This document shows positions 46,305 through 56,038 of a DNA stretch of 64,000 nt, one piece after another. A model generated the notes under the pieces. That model had not been told where the DNA came from. It saw only the letters and a list, made by a program, of their open reading frames with translations, and ran no database searches. Where the stretch lies: contig CAVSAC010000014.1 in assembly GCA_963725865.1 (NCBI GenBank), positions 992,001 through 1,056,000 on the forward strand. Direction: 5' to 3'. Numbering within the stretch: the first letter of the stretch is position 1; the number at the start of each line of letters is the position of its first letter. This DNA comes from Candidatus Eiseniibacteriota bacterium. GTDB taxonomy: Bacteria; Eisenbacteria; RBG-16-71-46. The position numbers and the translations under genes were made by a program.

Positions 46305-47666
46305 CTGAGCACGTTCCTCATCCATTCCGGCACCCTCGTGTGCATGGACGGTGCATCGACCGTCGTGCGCGGCGATCTGCTGGTGCGCGACGGGCGCATC
46401 GCGGCGGTCGGCGCGGCGGTGCCCGCGGCGCTCGCCGAGCTCCCCGACGCGCGCGCCGACGAGACGTTCGACGCGGGCGGCTGCCTGGTGCTGCCGGGCT
46501 TCATCCACGGGCACCTGCACCTCTGCCAGACGCTGTTCCGCGGGCTCGCCGAGCAGGCCGACCTGCTGTGCTGGCTGCGCGAGAGCATCTGGCCGCTCGA
46601 GGCCGCGCACACCGAGGCGTCGATCGCGGCGTCCGCGCGCCTCGGCATCCTCGAGTTGCTGGCGGGCGGCGTGACGTGCGTGAACGACATGGGCACCGCG
46701 CGCTTCACCGAGGTGGTGGGCGAGGTGCTCGAGCAGAGCGGGCTGCGCGCGGTGTTCGGCAAGGCGCTGATGGACCAGGGCGTGGGGCTGCCGCCCGCCC
46801 TGCGCGACGACCACGCCGGCGCGCTGGACGAGGCGCTCGCGATCGCCCAGCGCTTCCACGGCGCGGGCGGCGGGCGACTGAGCGTGTCGCTGGCGCCGCG
46901 CTTCATCCTCTCGTGCAGCGAGGCGCTGTGGCACGACGTCGCCGCGGCCTCGCGCGCCCGCGGGCTGGTGGTGCACACGCACATCGCGGAGGCGCCCAGC
47001 GAGGGCCGCGAGGTCCAGGAAAGCGTGGGGGCGACCGCGGCGCGCTACTTCGCGCGGCACGAGGTGCTGAGCCCGCGCTTCGTGGGCGCGCACGGCGTGT
47101 GGCTCGACGACGAGGAGCTGGGGCTGATCGCGAAGGCCGACGCCGCGCTGGTGCACTGCCCGGGCTCGAACCTCAAGCTCGGCTCCGGCTTCGCCGACGT
47201 GCGCCGCTGGGCGCAGGCCCGGGTGCGGCGCGGGCTCGGCTCCGACGGGGCCGCGTGCAGCAACCGGCTCGACACGTTCCACGAGATGTCGCTCGCGGCG
47301 GGCCTCACGCGCGTGCTGGCGCCCAGCGCGCACCTGAGCGCGCGCGACGTGGTGGCGCTCGCCACCAGCGAGGGCGCGCGCGCGCTCGGGCTCGGCGCGG
47401 TCGTCGGCTCGCTGGAGGCCGGCAAGCAGGCGGACGTGGTGGTGGTGAACACCGCCGCGCCGCACCACGCGCCGTTCTCGGAGCGCGACCCGTACACGAC
47501 GCTCGTGCACGCGGCGCGGCCCGAGGACGTACGGCTCACGATGGTGGCCGGGCGCGCGCTGTATCGCGACTTCGCCTGGGCGACGCTCGACCCCGATCGC
47601 GTGCTCGGCGAGGCGCGTGTGGAAGCGGGGGCGCTCGCGCGCCGCGCGGAGCGGAGCGCCGCATGA
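46305..47666 (+). CDS. Amidohydrolase (MTA/SAH or 5'-deoxyadenosine deaminase-like)
   Basis: PGFIHGHLH, HTHIAE, AHGVW, HCPGSNLKLGSG, GSDG; probable CTG start after GGAGG. Confidence 0.85.
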   Translation: MSTFLIHSGTLVCMDGASTVVRGDLLVRDGRIAAVGAAVPAALAELPDARADETFDAGGCLVLPGFIHGHLHLCQTLFRGLAEQADLLCWLRESIWPLEAAHTEASIAASARLGILELLAGGVTCVNDMGTARFTEVVGEVLEQSGLRAVFGKALMDQGVGLPPALRDDHAGALDEALAIAQRFHGAGGGRLSVSLAPRFILSCSEALWHDVAAASRARGLVVHTHIAEAPSEGREVQESVGATAARYFARHEVLSPRFVGAHGVWLDDEELGLIAKADAALVHCPGSNLKLGSGFADVRRWAQARVRRGLGSDGAACSNRLDTFHEMSLAAGLTRVLAPSAHLSARDVVALATSEGARALGLGAVVGSLEAGKQADVVVVNTAAPHHAPFSERDPYTTLVHAARPEDVRLTMVAGRALYRDFAWATLDPDRVLGEARVEAGALARRAERSAA

Positions 47667-48877
47667 TCGTCGGACCCTGCACGGTGGTGACCGGCGGCGC
47701 CGATCCGCAGGTGATCGAGGACGGCGGCGTGCGCGTGGTCGGCGCCCACATCGCCCAGGTGGGCGTGGCGGCGCACCTCGCCGCCTCGCATCCCGACGAG
47801 ACGCTGTGGCCGGCACGCGGGCGCGTGCTGATGCCGGGGCTGATCAACGCGCACACGCATCTCGCCCACCACCTGGCGCGCGGCCTCGGCCTGCGCACGC
47901 CGGCCGAGTGGCGGCGCTACGAGCACGCGCTGTCGCCCGAGGACGTGTTCTGGTCGGCCACCGCCGCGCTCATCGAGGGGCTGCGCCACGGCGTGACGAC
48001 CGTGTGCGACTTCCACCGCTCGGGCTCGGCGATCGACCTGTCGCTCTCCGAGATCCTGTCGGCCGCCCGCAAGAGCGGCGTGCGGGTCGCGACGTGCTAC
48101 GGCGTCTCGGAGCTGGACACTCCGCTCGAGCGCAGCGCGGCGCTCGAGGAGAGCCTCTCGTTCGCGGCCGACCTGCGGCGCCAGCGCGAGGGCCGCCTGC
48201 GCGCCACCATCGGGGTGCAGGCGCAGTCGCTCGCGGGCGTCGACGCGCTGCTCGCCGACGCGCTCGAGCGCGCCGCGGGCGCGCTGGCGGTGCACGTGGA
48301 CCTGGCGCTCGACCTGACGCCGGCCGAGAAGTGGCGCGCGCAGCGACGCTGGAACGCGGGCGACCAGCCGGCGCTGTGGGCGCACGCCGACACTGCGCCG
48401 CGCGGGCTGCTGGCGCTGGCGCAGGAGCGCGGCGACGCGCTCGCCACCGTGGGCGCGGCCGCCACGCTCGAGCGCGAGGCCGAGGTGGCGTGGGGGAGCG
48501 ACTCGGGCGTCAACGCCCCGCCGCTGCCCGACGTCTCGAACCCGTGGACGCTCGGCAGCCGGCCCGACCTGCACTACCAGCGCGTGTTCGTGCGCGGCGC
48601 GCGCTGGGCGGAGCGCCACTTCGGCGAAAGCCTCGGCGTGATCGCACCGGGCGCCCCCGCCGACCTCGCGCTGGTGGACTACCGGCCCGCGACCGAGTTC
48701 TCGTCGCGCACGCTGCTCGACCACCTGTGGTCCGGCCTGCTGCGCGCGCCGGTCTCGAGCGTGATGGTGGCGGGCGAGATCCTGATGGACAACGGCACGC
48801 TGGTCGACGTGGACGAGCGCGAGGTCGCCGCGCGCGCTCGCGATTGCGCGCGCCGGGTGTGGGAGCGACTGGGGTAG
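47663..48877 (+). CDS. Second amidohydrolase-fold protein (SsnA-like, degenerate active site)
   Basis: ATGA overlap; MPGLINAHTH, GVTTVCDFH, G.IAPGAPADL; the HxxE position reads HVDL. Confidence 0.75.
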   Translation: MIVGPCTVVTGGADPQVIEDGGVRVVGAHIAQVGVAAHLAASHPDETLWPARGRVLMPGLINAHTHLAHHLARGLGLRTPAEWRRYEHALSPEDVFWSATAALIEGLRHGVTTVCDFHRSGSAIDLSLSEILSAARKSGVRVATCYGVSELDTPLERSAALEESLSFAADLRRQREGRLRATIGVQAQSLAGVDALLADALERAAGALAVHVDLALDLTPAEKWRAQRRWNAGDQPALWAHADTAPRGLLALAQERGDALATVGAAATLEREAEVAWGSDSGVNAPPLPDVSNPWTLGSRPDLHYQRVFVRGARWAERHFGESLGVIAPGAPADLALVDYRPATEFSSRTLLDHLWSGLLRAPVSSVMVAGEILMDNGTLVDVDEREVAARARDCARRVWERLG

Positions 48878-48999
48878 CGCCCGCGCGGGCGGCCGCGGCG
48901 AACGGCCCGTTCGCCGCCCCCACGCGCCCGCGACCACGCCGCGCCGCTCGCCCGCCCCGGGGCGCCGGAGCGCGCGCGCCGCTGTGCTAGCCTCCGCGC

Positions 49000-49485
49000 A
49001 TGCATGATCTGCGCACCGCGCGCTTTCCCGACGACCTCGAATCCGTCCGCGAGCTGTTCCGCGAGTACGAGGCGGGGCTCGGCTTCGACCTCGGCTTCCA
49101 GGACTTCGAGCGCGAGCTGGCGACGCTGCCGGGCGAGTACGCGCCGCCGCGCGGCGCCCTGTTCGTGGCGTGGACGTGCGGCCGAACGGCGGGCTGCGTG
49201 GCGCTGCGCCCGCTGGCGCCCGACGTGTGCGAGATGAAGCGCCTCTACGTCCGCCCGGACTGTCGCGCCGGTGGCCTCGGCCGCGCGCTCGTGGAGCGTA
49301 TCGTGCTCGAGGCGCGCCGACTGGGCTACGCGCGCATGCGGCTCGACACGGTGCCGGGCATGGACGCGGCGATCGCGCTGTACCGCTCGCTCGGCTTCGC
49401 CGCGATCCCGCCCTATCGCCACAACCCGATGCCGGGCGCGCTCTACATGGAGTGCGCGCTCGGGGACGCCGCGCGGCGCGACTGA
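49000..49485 (+). CDS. GNAT family acetyltransferase
   Basis: [35 protein letters not shown]. Confidence 0.9.
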   Translation: MHDLRTARFPDDLESVRELFREYEAGLGFDLGFQDFERELATLPGEYAPPRGALFVAWTCGRTAGCVALRPLAPDVCEMKRLYVRPDCRAGGLGRALVERIVLEARRLGYARMRLDTVPGMDAAIALYRSLGFAAIPPYRHNPMPGALYMECALGDAARRD

Positions 49486-49519
49486 GCCGCGGGCGCGCCG
49501 CGCGCCGACGGAGGATCCG

Positions 49520-50299
49520 ATGGAGCTGCGTCTCTACCAGGTCGATGCGTTCGCGTCCGAGCTGTTCCGCGGCAACCCGGCCGCGGTCGTGCCGCTCGAG
49601 CGGTGGCTCGCGGACGACGTCATGCAGGCGATCGCCGCCGAGAACAACCTGTCCGAGACCGCGTTCTTCGTGCCGCAGGGCCCCGACTACGACCTGCGCT
49701 GGTTCACACCCAAAGTCGAGATGGACCTGTGCGGTCACGCCACGCTGGCGTCCGCGTTCATCCTGTTCACCCACCTCGCGCCGCTGCGCGAGAGCGTGAC
49801 GTTCCACACCCGCAGCGGCCCGCTCACGGTGGCGCGCGAGGGCGAGCGGCTGGTGATGGACTTCCCGTCGCGCCCGCCGGTGCGGTGCGCCGCGCCGCCC
49901 GGGCTCGCCGCGGCGCTCGGGCGCACCCCGGTCGCCACGCTCACCGCGCGCGACCTGATGGCGGTGTTCGAGCACGAGGGCGAGGTGCGCGCGCTGGCGC
50001 CCGACATCGGCGCGGTGGCAGCACTCGGCGTGCACGCGGTCATCGTCACCGCGCCGGGGCGCGCGGTGGACTTCGTGTCGCGCTTCTTCGCCCCCGCGGT
50101 CGGGGTGCCCGAGGACCCGGTCACAGGCTCGGCCCACTGCACGCTGACGCCCTACTGGGCGGAGCGGCTGGGCCGGCCGCGACTCCACGCACATCAGGTC
50201 TCCGCGCGCGGCGGCGAGCTGTTCTGCGAGCTGCGCGGCGACCGCGTGGCGCTCGCGGGCCACGCGGTGCTGTATCTCGAGGGCACGATCCGGCTGTGA
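49520..50299 (+). CDS. PhzF family isomerase/epimerase
   Basis: YQVDAF...GNPAAV, NLSETAF, LRWFTP..E.DLCGHATL, EDPVTGSAHC. Confidence 0.92.
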   Translation: MELRLYQVDAFASELFRGNPAAVVPLERWLADDVMQAIAAENNLSETAFFVPQGPDYDLRWFTPKVEMDLCGHATLASAFILFTHLAPLRESVTFHTRSGPLTVAREGERLVMDFPSRPPVRCAAPPGLAAALGRTPVATLTARDLMAVFEHEGEVRALAPDIGAVAALGVHAVIVTAPGRAVDFVSRFFAPAVGVPEDPVTGSAHCTLTPYWAERLGRPRLHAHQVSARGGELFCELRGDRVALAGHAVLYLEGTIRL

Positions 50300-51198
50300 A
50301 CCGCGTCGTCCTCGGAGTGCTGATGCTGGCGGCCGCGCTCGTCGCCGCCTGGTGGGTGTACCCGCCCGACCCGGCGCGCATGCTGCGCGCCCGCAGCGCG
50401 CCGTTCGTGCGACTGGAGCGCGAGCCGCGGCCCGACCTCGGGACGCGCGTGGAGCGCTGGCGCATCCTCGATCAGCGCGGGGACACCACGCTCGCGCTGT
50501 GGCGCGCCGCGCCGGCCGCCGCGCGGCGGCCGTGGACGGTGGTGATGCTGGGGGGCATCGGGACCGGGGATCGCGCCGCGCTGCTGTTTCCCGCCGACCT
50601 GCCGGTCCACGTGCTGGCGGTGGACTGGCCGTGGCGCGGCGACCGGCGAATGAACGGAACCCGGCTCGTCACGCTGCTGCCGGCGATCCGCGGCGCGCTG
50701 CTGCGCACGCCGGCCTGTCTCGCGCGCGGGCTCGACGCGGTGGGCACGGTGCCCGAGGTCGACACCGCGCGGGTGGCGCTGCTCGGCGCCAGCCTCGGCG
50801 TGCCGCCCTCGATCGCCGCGCTGCGACTGACGCACGGCGCGCGCGCGCTGGTGCTGGTCGACGGCTTCGCCGGCCTCGAGCCGGCGCTGCGCTTCGGCCT
50901 CGCGCGCGAGACGCGCCCGCGCTGGATCGCCACCCCGCTCGCGGCGATCGGCGCGCGGCTGCTCGACCCGCTCGAGCCCGCCCACCACGCCGCGGCGCTC
51001 GACCTGCCGGCGCTGGTCGTCAACGCCGAGCGCGACGAGCGCATCCCGCGCGAATGCATGCTGCGGCTGCACGCGCTGCTGCCGCACGCGGCGGTGCGCT
51101 GGCGCGCCGACACGCACGTGCTGCCGCAACGCCGGACCTTGATCGCCGGCCTCGCGCGCGAGGCGGCGGCGTGGCTGGACTCGCTGCCCGCGCGGTGA
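50296..51198 (+). CDS. Membrane-anchored alpha/beta hydrolase
   Basis: GTGA overlap; N-terminal TM; GASLG nucleophile; DERIP; TH. Confidence 0.7.
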   Translation: MNRVVLGVLMLAAALVAAWWVYPPDPARMLRARSAPFVRLEREPRPDLGTRVERWRILDQRGDTTLALWRAAPAAARRPWTVVMLGGIGTGDRAALLFPADLPVHVLAVDWPWRGDRRMNGTRLVTLLPAIRGALLRTPACLARGLDAVGTVPEVDTARVALLGASLGVPPSIAALRLTHGARALVLVDGFAGLEPALRFGLARETRPRWIATPLAAIGARLLDPLEPAHHAAALDLPALVVNAERDERIPRECMLRLHALLPHAAVRWRADTHVLPQRRTLIAGLAREAAAWLDSLPAR

Positions 51199-51318
51199 AC
51201 CGGGCAGGTCAGTCCGCAGGTCCGCCCTGCACCCTGCGGGACACCCGGGCCGGCCCGGCGCCGGTCCCGCGAATGGCAAGCCGTTGTCGGTCAACGCCCC
51301 GCTCCCGCACGCGCCGCG

Positions 51319-51334
51319 CGGCACGCGGGCTGCT
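51319..51334 (+). promoter_or_regulatory. Sigma54 -24/-12 promoter
   Basis: CGGCACGCGGGCTGCT, GG-N10-GC, about 60 nt upstream of ATG 51395. Confidence 0.6.
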
Positions 51335-51394
51335 CCTGCTTCCGGTCGTCACGCGATCCGCCGCACCCCACGCACCACCCGATCGGAGGAGCAC

Positions 51395-51718
51395 ATGAAG
51401 CGCACGCTCGTCGCCCTCGCGCTGGTCGCGCTCGCGGCCACCCTCGCCACCAGCGCGTTCGCCGGCACCGTCCGCGAAGAGCGCCGGGAGGCCCGCCAGC
51501 AGTCCCGCATCGCGCAGGGCGTGCGCAGCGGCCAGCTCACCCCGCGGGAGACCGCCCGCCTCGAGCGCGGCCAGGTTCGCGTGGACCGCTGGGAGGCGCG
51601 CGCGCGGGCCAACGACGGGCGCATCGGACCGCGCGAGCGCGCCCGCCTCGAGCGCGCGCAGGATCGCCAGAGCCGGCGCATCCATCGCGCGAAGCACAAC
51701 GCACGCGTCTCGCACTGA
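51395..51718 (+). CDS. Small secreted helical protein
   Basis: GGAGGAG RBS; signal peptide ending AFA; two copies of (S/D)G.(L/I)..RE.ARLER.Q. Confidence 0.8.
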   Translation: MKRTLVALALVALAATLATSAFAGTVREERREARQQSRIAQGVRSGQLTPRETARLERGQVRVDRWEARARANDGRIGPRERARLERAQDRQSRRIHRAKHNARVSH

Positions 51719-51789
51719 GCAGCGGATCCGTCGCGCGCCCCGTCGAGCAGGTGCCAGGGCTGAGGGGACGGGATCCGCGCGACGAAACG

Positions 51790-51817
51790 ACCCCCGGCGG
51801 CGTCGGCCGCCGGGGGT
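51790..51817. terminator. Hairpin between convergent genes
   Basis: ACCCCCGGCGGC / GCCGCCGGGGGT 12-bp stem. Confidence 0.65.
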
Positions 51818-51836
51818 TCGTCGTCGGCGAGGGCCC

Positions 51837-53582
51837 TCACGCGTGCGTGGCCACCAGGGACTCGACGCGGCGCACCAGCTCGGCGGGTCGGAACGGCTTC
51901 TCGAGCGTCGCCACTCCGGGCGGCAGCTCGGCGCTCGAGAGGCGCACCTCCTGGCCGCTCGTCACCAGCACCGGCAGCCCGGGATGCCGCGCGCGCAGGA
52001 CCTCGATCAGTCCGCCGACGCTCGTCCCCGGCAGCCACGCCTCGACGATCGCGAGCTTGAGCGGTCCAGGATGACTCTGCAGCGCCCGCGTCACCTCGCC
52101 GCCGGTCGCGGCGGTGAGCACGCTGTAGCCGTGCGCCGCGAGCACCGACTGCGTCAGCCGCAGCAACGCGGGATCGCCGTCGGCAATCAGCACGGTGCCG
52201 GTGGCGGGCGCGAGTGCGTCCTCCGCCGCGCGCGCCGCCGGCGCCGCCAACGGCGCGCGCGCCGCGCGCGGCAGCACGACAGTCAGGGTCGTGCCGCGAC
52301 CGCGCTCGCTGGTCGCCCGCACGTGACCGCCGCTCTGCGCGACGATGCCATGGACCGACGCGAGCCCGAGTCCGGTGCCGCGACCGGCGTCCTTGGTGGT
52401 GAAGAACGGCTCGAACACCCGCGACAGCGTCGCCGGGTCCATCCCGATGCCGGTGTCGGTGACGGAGATCGCGACGTGCGGACCGGCCATGGTGCCGGGA
52501 TGGAGTGCGGCCTCCTGGGCGTCGACGTCGAGCGCCTCGGTGCGGATCACGACGCGGCCACCATCGGGCATCGCGTCGCGCGCGTTCACGACCAGATTGA
52601 CGAGCACCTGCTCGAGCTGCCCGGGGTCCACCAGCACCGCGCCCGCCTCCGGAGCGAACGCGGTCACCAGGGTGATCGCGTCCCCCGCGAGGCGGCGCAG
52701 CAGCGGCGCCACGTGCTCCACGACGTCACGCGCCTCGACCACCTGGGGGTGCAGCACCTGCCGCCGGCTGAACGCGAGCAGCTGCTGCGTGAGCGCCGCG
52801 GCGCGCTGTCCGGCGGCGGAGATCTCGGCGAGGTCGCGGTGGAGCGGGGTGTCCCGGGGCGTCTGCTCGCTGCACAGCTCGGCGTAGCCGATGATCGCGG
52901 TCAGCAGATTGTTGAAGTCGTGCGCCACGCCGCCGGCCAGCAGGCCGACCGCCTCGAGCTTCTGCTTGTGCAGCACGCGCCCTTCCAGCTCGCGCTGCGC
53001 CGAGATGTCGAGCACCAGGCTGGCGACGAGGTCGTCCTGGTGCTCGACGCGCACGCTCCCGATCACCACCGGGACTCGGTGCCCGTCGGGGCGCAGGAGC
53101 TCGACCGCCAGCGGGGGCGCGGGGCCGCGGCCCTCGAGCGGCTCGCTCATCGCCTGCACGGCGCCCGCGTACTCCTCCGGGATGCAGCTCCAGGCATTGA
53201 CGCGGCCGTCGGCGAGGTCCGCGCGCCGCAGGCCCGAGATGCGCTCGAACGCGGAGTTGGCGTCGATCACCTGGCCGCCGCGGCGCGAGAGCACCATCCC
53301 CACGAGCGGGGAGTCGAACAGCGCGCGGAAGTGGGCCTGGTGCTCGTGGGCGCGCCGCTCGCTCGCGTCGCGTCGCGCGAACTCGAAGCGCATGAGGAAG
53401 AACAGCATCACCCCGGTCGCGAGCACGAAACCGACGCCCTTGACGCTCTGGAGGCGTGACAGCGTCGCGCTGTCGTGCACCAGCGACTCCACCAGGCGGT
53501 CGCTGAACACGATGTACAGGCCGGCGACGAGGATGTAGATGCCGGCCAGCCGGAACGCGGCGCCGAGGTGGGAGCGATGCAT
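51837..53582 (-). CDS. Hybrid sensor histidine kinase (2 TM, PAS, HisKA, HATPase, atypical REC)
   Basis: GGVAHDFNNLL, NLVVNARDAM, DTGIGM, FEPFFTTK, GTGLGL; REC reads LIADGD...AIVEAWLPG...KPF. Confidence 0.92.
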   Translation of the reverse strand: MHRSHLGAAFRLAGIYILVAGLYIVFSDRLVESLVHDSATLSRLQSVKGVGFVLATGVMLFFLMRFEFARRDASERRAHEHQAHFRALFDSPLVGMVLSRRGGQVIDANSAFERISGLRRADLADGRVNAWSCIPEEYAGAVQAMSEPLEGRGPAPPLAVELLRPDGHRVPVVIGSVRVEHQDDLVASLVLDISAQRELEGRVLHKQKLEAVGLLAGGVAHDFNNLLTAIIGYAELCSEQTPRDTPLHRDLAEISAAGQRAAALTQQLLAFSRRQVLHPQVVEARDVVEHVAPLLRRLAGDAITLVTAFAPEAGAVLVDPGQLEQVLVNLVVNARDAMPDGGRVVIRTEALDVDAQEAALHPGTMAGPHVAISVTDTGIGMDPATLSRVFEPFFTTKDAGRGTGLGLASVHGIVAQSGGHVRATSERGRGTTLTVVLPRAARAPLAAPAARAAEDALAPATGTVLIADGDPALLRLTQSVLAAHGYSVLTAATGGEVTRALQSHPGPLKLAIVEAWLPGTSVGGLIEVLRARHPGLPVLVTSGQEVRLSSAELPPGVATLEKPFRPAELVRRVESLVATHA

Positions 53583-53691
53583 CGACGGGCTCCGGGGGGA
53601 GAGGAGGGTCGGCAGGGGCTACTGGATGCAGGCTAGCCTCCCCAGGGACCGCCGACAACCTCTCGCTGCGGCGCCTCTCGCTGCGGCGTTC

Positions 53692-55050
53692 CTAGCGGGC
53701 GTCCTCCTTGCGGCGGGGCCGACTCAGCTCGAGCGCCCGCGTGAACGCCACCGCGATGCGCGGGCCCCCGCGTCGAGGCCCGAGCGGCCAGGCGTAGTCG
53801 AAACGGATGAGATCGTCCGGTGTCGGCAGCCCGGGCTGGTAGTAGAGCGAGACGCCGGCCTCGGGCAGCCAGTCGCCCGCGCGCGGCCAGTCGGTGCCGT
53901 CCCGCCGGCGACCGGTGTAGGGATCGACGCCCCAGACCGCGCCGGTGGAGACGAACAGCCCGGCCTGGATCGGCGTCGCGTCCGGATGCGGCAGCCGCGC
54001 GGCCGCGAGCACGTCGAACGTCGTCACCAGGTCGAGGCGCCCGAGCGCGAGCCCGCTGCCGCCGCGGTCATCGCCGTCGGACGTGCTCAGCGTGCCGCCG
54101 CCGAGGTAGAACGCGGCCTGCGGCACCAGCGGGCCCGCCAGCCGTCCGTAGACCAGTTGCGGCACCAGCGCGAGCGGCCGGCCGAGTCCGAGGTCGCCGC
54201 CGAGGCTCAGGCGCGTGCGCCGGTACTCGAAGTCGCTCCCGGTCGCGCGCCCGGCGGTGAGGTAGCGCACGTCGAGGTCGAGCGGCGTGAACGGAACCCG
54301 CACGCCGCCGGAGAGCCGCAGCTCGCGCGCGCGTCCGCGCCACGCCGGCAGGTTGTCGGGCACGCGCAGCTCCCGATCGAGCAGGTTCCACGTGGTGGTC
54401 ACCGGCAGCGGGCGCTCGAGCTGGTCGCGGAAGCCGACGCCGACGCGCCAGCGCGCGCGCTCGTGCTCGAGCGCCACCGTCACCCCGTCGCGCCGCAGCA
54501 GGCGCCGCGTGTCGGAGCCGAACACCAGCGCGCGCAGCGTCGTCAGGCCGCGCCCCGGCCGGTCGCGGTCCAGGGTCGCGCTCATGCGCCCGACGTCGAC
54601 CATGAGCCGCACGGGCGCTCCGCGCAGCGGGCGCTCGATGCGCAGCGTGCCGCCGCCGAGCCAGGTGTCCGCGCCTGCCGCGAACCGCGCGCGCCCTTCG
54701 AGCCGCACGCCGGTCAGCGGATTGCCGAGGCCGGCGCCGCCGCCCCACGAGGTCCCGTCGATGCGATCGAAGCGCACGTCCGGCCAGGCCGCGAGCCGCA
54801 GGCGCGGGCGGCGCGGTGGCCGGGAGATCCCCGCGACCAGCGCGCTGTCGAGCCCCGAGGTGTCGATCGGCGCGGTGGTGGTCCCGAAGTAGCGGTCGGT
54901 CGAATCGGCCAGCCCACCGAGGAAGCGCCCGAGCGCGCTGTCGGGCTCCGCACCCTGCGCGCCCGCGACCGACGGGGCGAGCGCAGTACCCGCGAGCGCG
55001 AGCGCGGCCACGACGGCGCGGACGAGGCGGCGGCCGCCGGCGATCGTCAT
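53692..55050 (-). CDS. Outer-membrane beta-barrel protein (DUF5686 C-terminal or BamA/TamA-like barrel)
   Basis: Signal peptide; RFDRIDG, PQ..FYLGG, EAGVSL, IRFDYAWPL strand motifs. Confidence 0.6.
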   Translation of the reverse strand: MTIAGGRRLVRAVVAALALAGTALAPSVAGAQGAEPDSALGRFLGGLADSTDRYFGTTTAPIDTSGLDSALVAGISRPPRRPRLRLAAWPDVRFDRIDGTSWGGGAGLGNPLTGVRLEGRARFAAGADTWLGGGTLRIERPLRGAPVRLMVDVGRMSATLDRDRPGRGLTTLRALVFGSDTRRLLRRDGVTVALEHERARWRVGVGFRDQLERPLPVTTTWNLLDRELRVPDNLPAWRGRARELRLSGGVRVPFTPLDLDVRYLTAGRATGSDFEYRRTRLSLGGDLGLGRPLALVPQLVYGRLAGPLVPQAAFYLGGGTLSTSDGDDRGGSGLALGRLDLVTTFDVLAAARLPHPDATPIQAGLFVSTGAVWGVDPYTGRRRDGTDWPRAGDWLPEAGVSLYYQPGLPTPDDLIRFDYAWPLGPRRGGPRIAVAFTRALELSRPRRKEDAR

Positions 55051-55895
55051 GGCGTGGCCTTCCGATGCGGCCGTCCCGGCGTGGCGAACAACGAGTCGGG
55101 CAGCCCGCGGTTGATCGCGTAGTCGTCGAACGCCAGCGCGAAGTCGAACGTGCGCCCCAGGCCCGGCAGCGGCATGGTGGCGTCCGCGCGCAGCAGCACG
55201 CGGTGCAGCACCCAATGCCCGTCGGCCTGCGTCCGCTCGATCACCATGCGCCGCACGCCCTTCAGGAACAGCGGCACCGGCGACCGCTCGAACGCCACTT
55301 CCTGGCGCACGATCACGAAGTCGTTGGTGTCCACCCACACCAGCCCGCTCGGCCGGGTGGGGTCGAGCCGCGAACGCGGCTCGAACGCGATCTGGTAGAT
55401 CAGCCGCGGGCCCGGCAGCACCTCGCGTCCCACGATGTGATAGCGGAAGTCGCGGCGCGCCGCCGGCTGGAACGCGAAGTTCACGATGTCCTCGCTCATC
55501 GAGGAGCCGACGTCGACATCGACCTCGGCCCTGGCCCGCTTGGGCTTCCGCGCGCGGTACTCGCGGAGCACCACGCTGCGCGCGCGGTCGGGGCGCTGCT
55601 TCCAGACCTGCAGCACGGTCTCGCTCTCGAGCGTCGGCGGCTTGCGGGGGTCGGCCGCATCGCGCACCAGGCGGAGGGTCATCCGGAAGGTCTGGTCGTG
55701 GAGCATCGAGTCGCGCCGCGACTCGCCACGCACCACGCGCGCGAGGATCTCGTCGAGCGTGACCCGCGGCGCGCGCACGAGCACCTCGGGCACCTCGGTG
55801 TGCAGCGTGTCCTCGCGCGCCAGCGTGGGGCCGCCGGCAGGCGCGGGCGCCACGGACAGCACGATGGAGGTGAGGAGCGGCAGGAGTGCGGTCAT
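55047..55895 (-). CDS. Exported protein resembling the N-terminal/middle part of DUF5686 proteins (LolA-like fold possible)
   Basis: Signal peptide; FRYHIVG, YQIAFEP, GLVWVDTNDFVI, FDDYAIN.GL.DSLF; 4-nt overlap with the barrel gene. Confidence 0.6.
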   Translation of the reverse strand: MTALLPLLTSIVLSVAPAPAGGPTLAREDTLHTEVPEVLVRAPRVTLDEILARVVRGESRRDSMLHDQTFRMTLRLVRDAADPRKPPTLESETVLQVWKQRPDRARSVVLREYRARKPKRARAEVDVDVGSSMSEDIVNFAFQPAARRDFRYHIVGREVLPGPRLIYQIAFEPRSRLDPTRPSGLVWVDTNDFVIVRQEVAFERSPVPLFLKGVRRMVIERTQADGHWVLHRVLLRADATMPLPGLGRTFDFALAFDDYAINRGLPDSLFATPGRPHRKATP

Positions 55896-56038
55896 GGGTC
55901 CTCGGGCGGCGCGGCATGCTAGCCCGGGGTGCTGCGCGCCCGCAACACCCTGCGACGCCGCGGCCACACCGCCGGTCCACCCCGCAGGGGGTTGCCTCGC
56001 ATCGAGCTATGCGGCAGCGTCCTCGAGCAAGGAATGGT

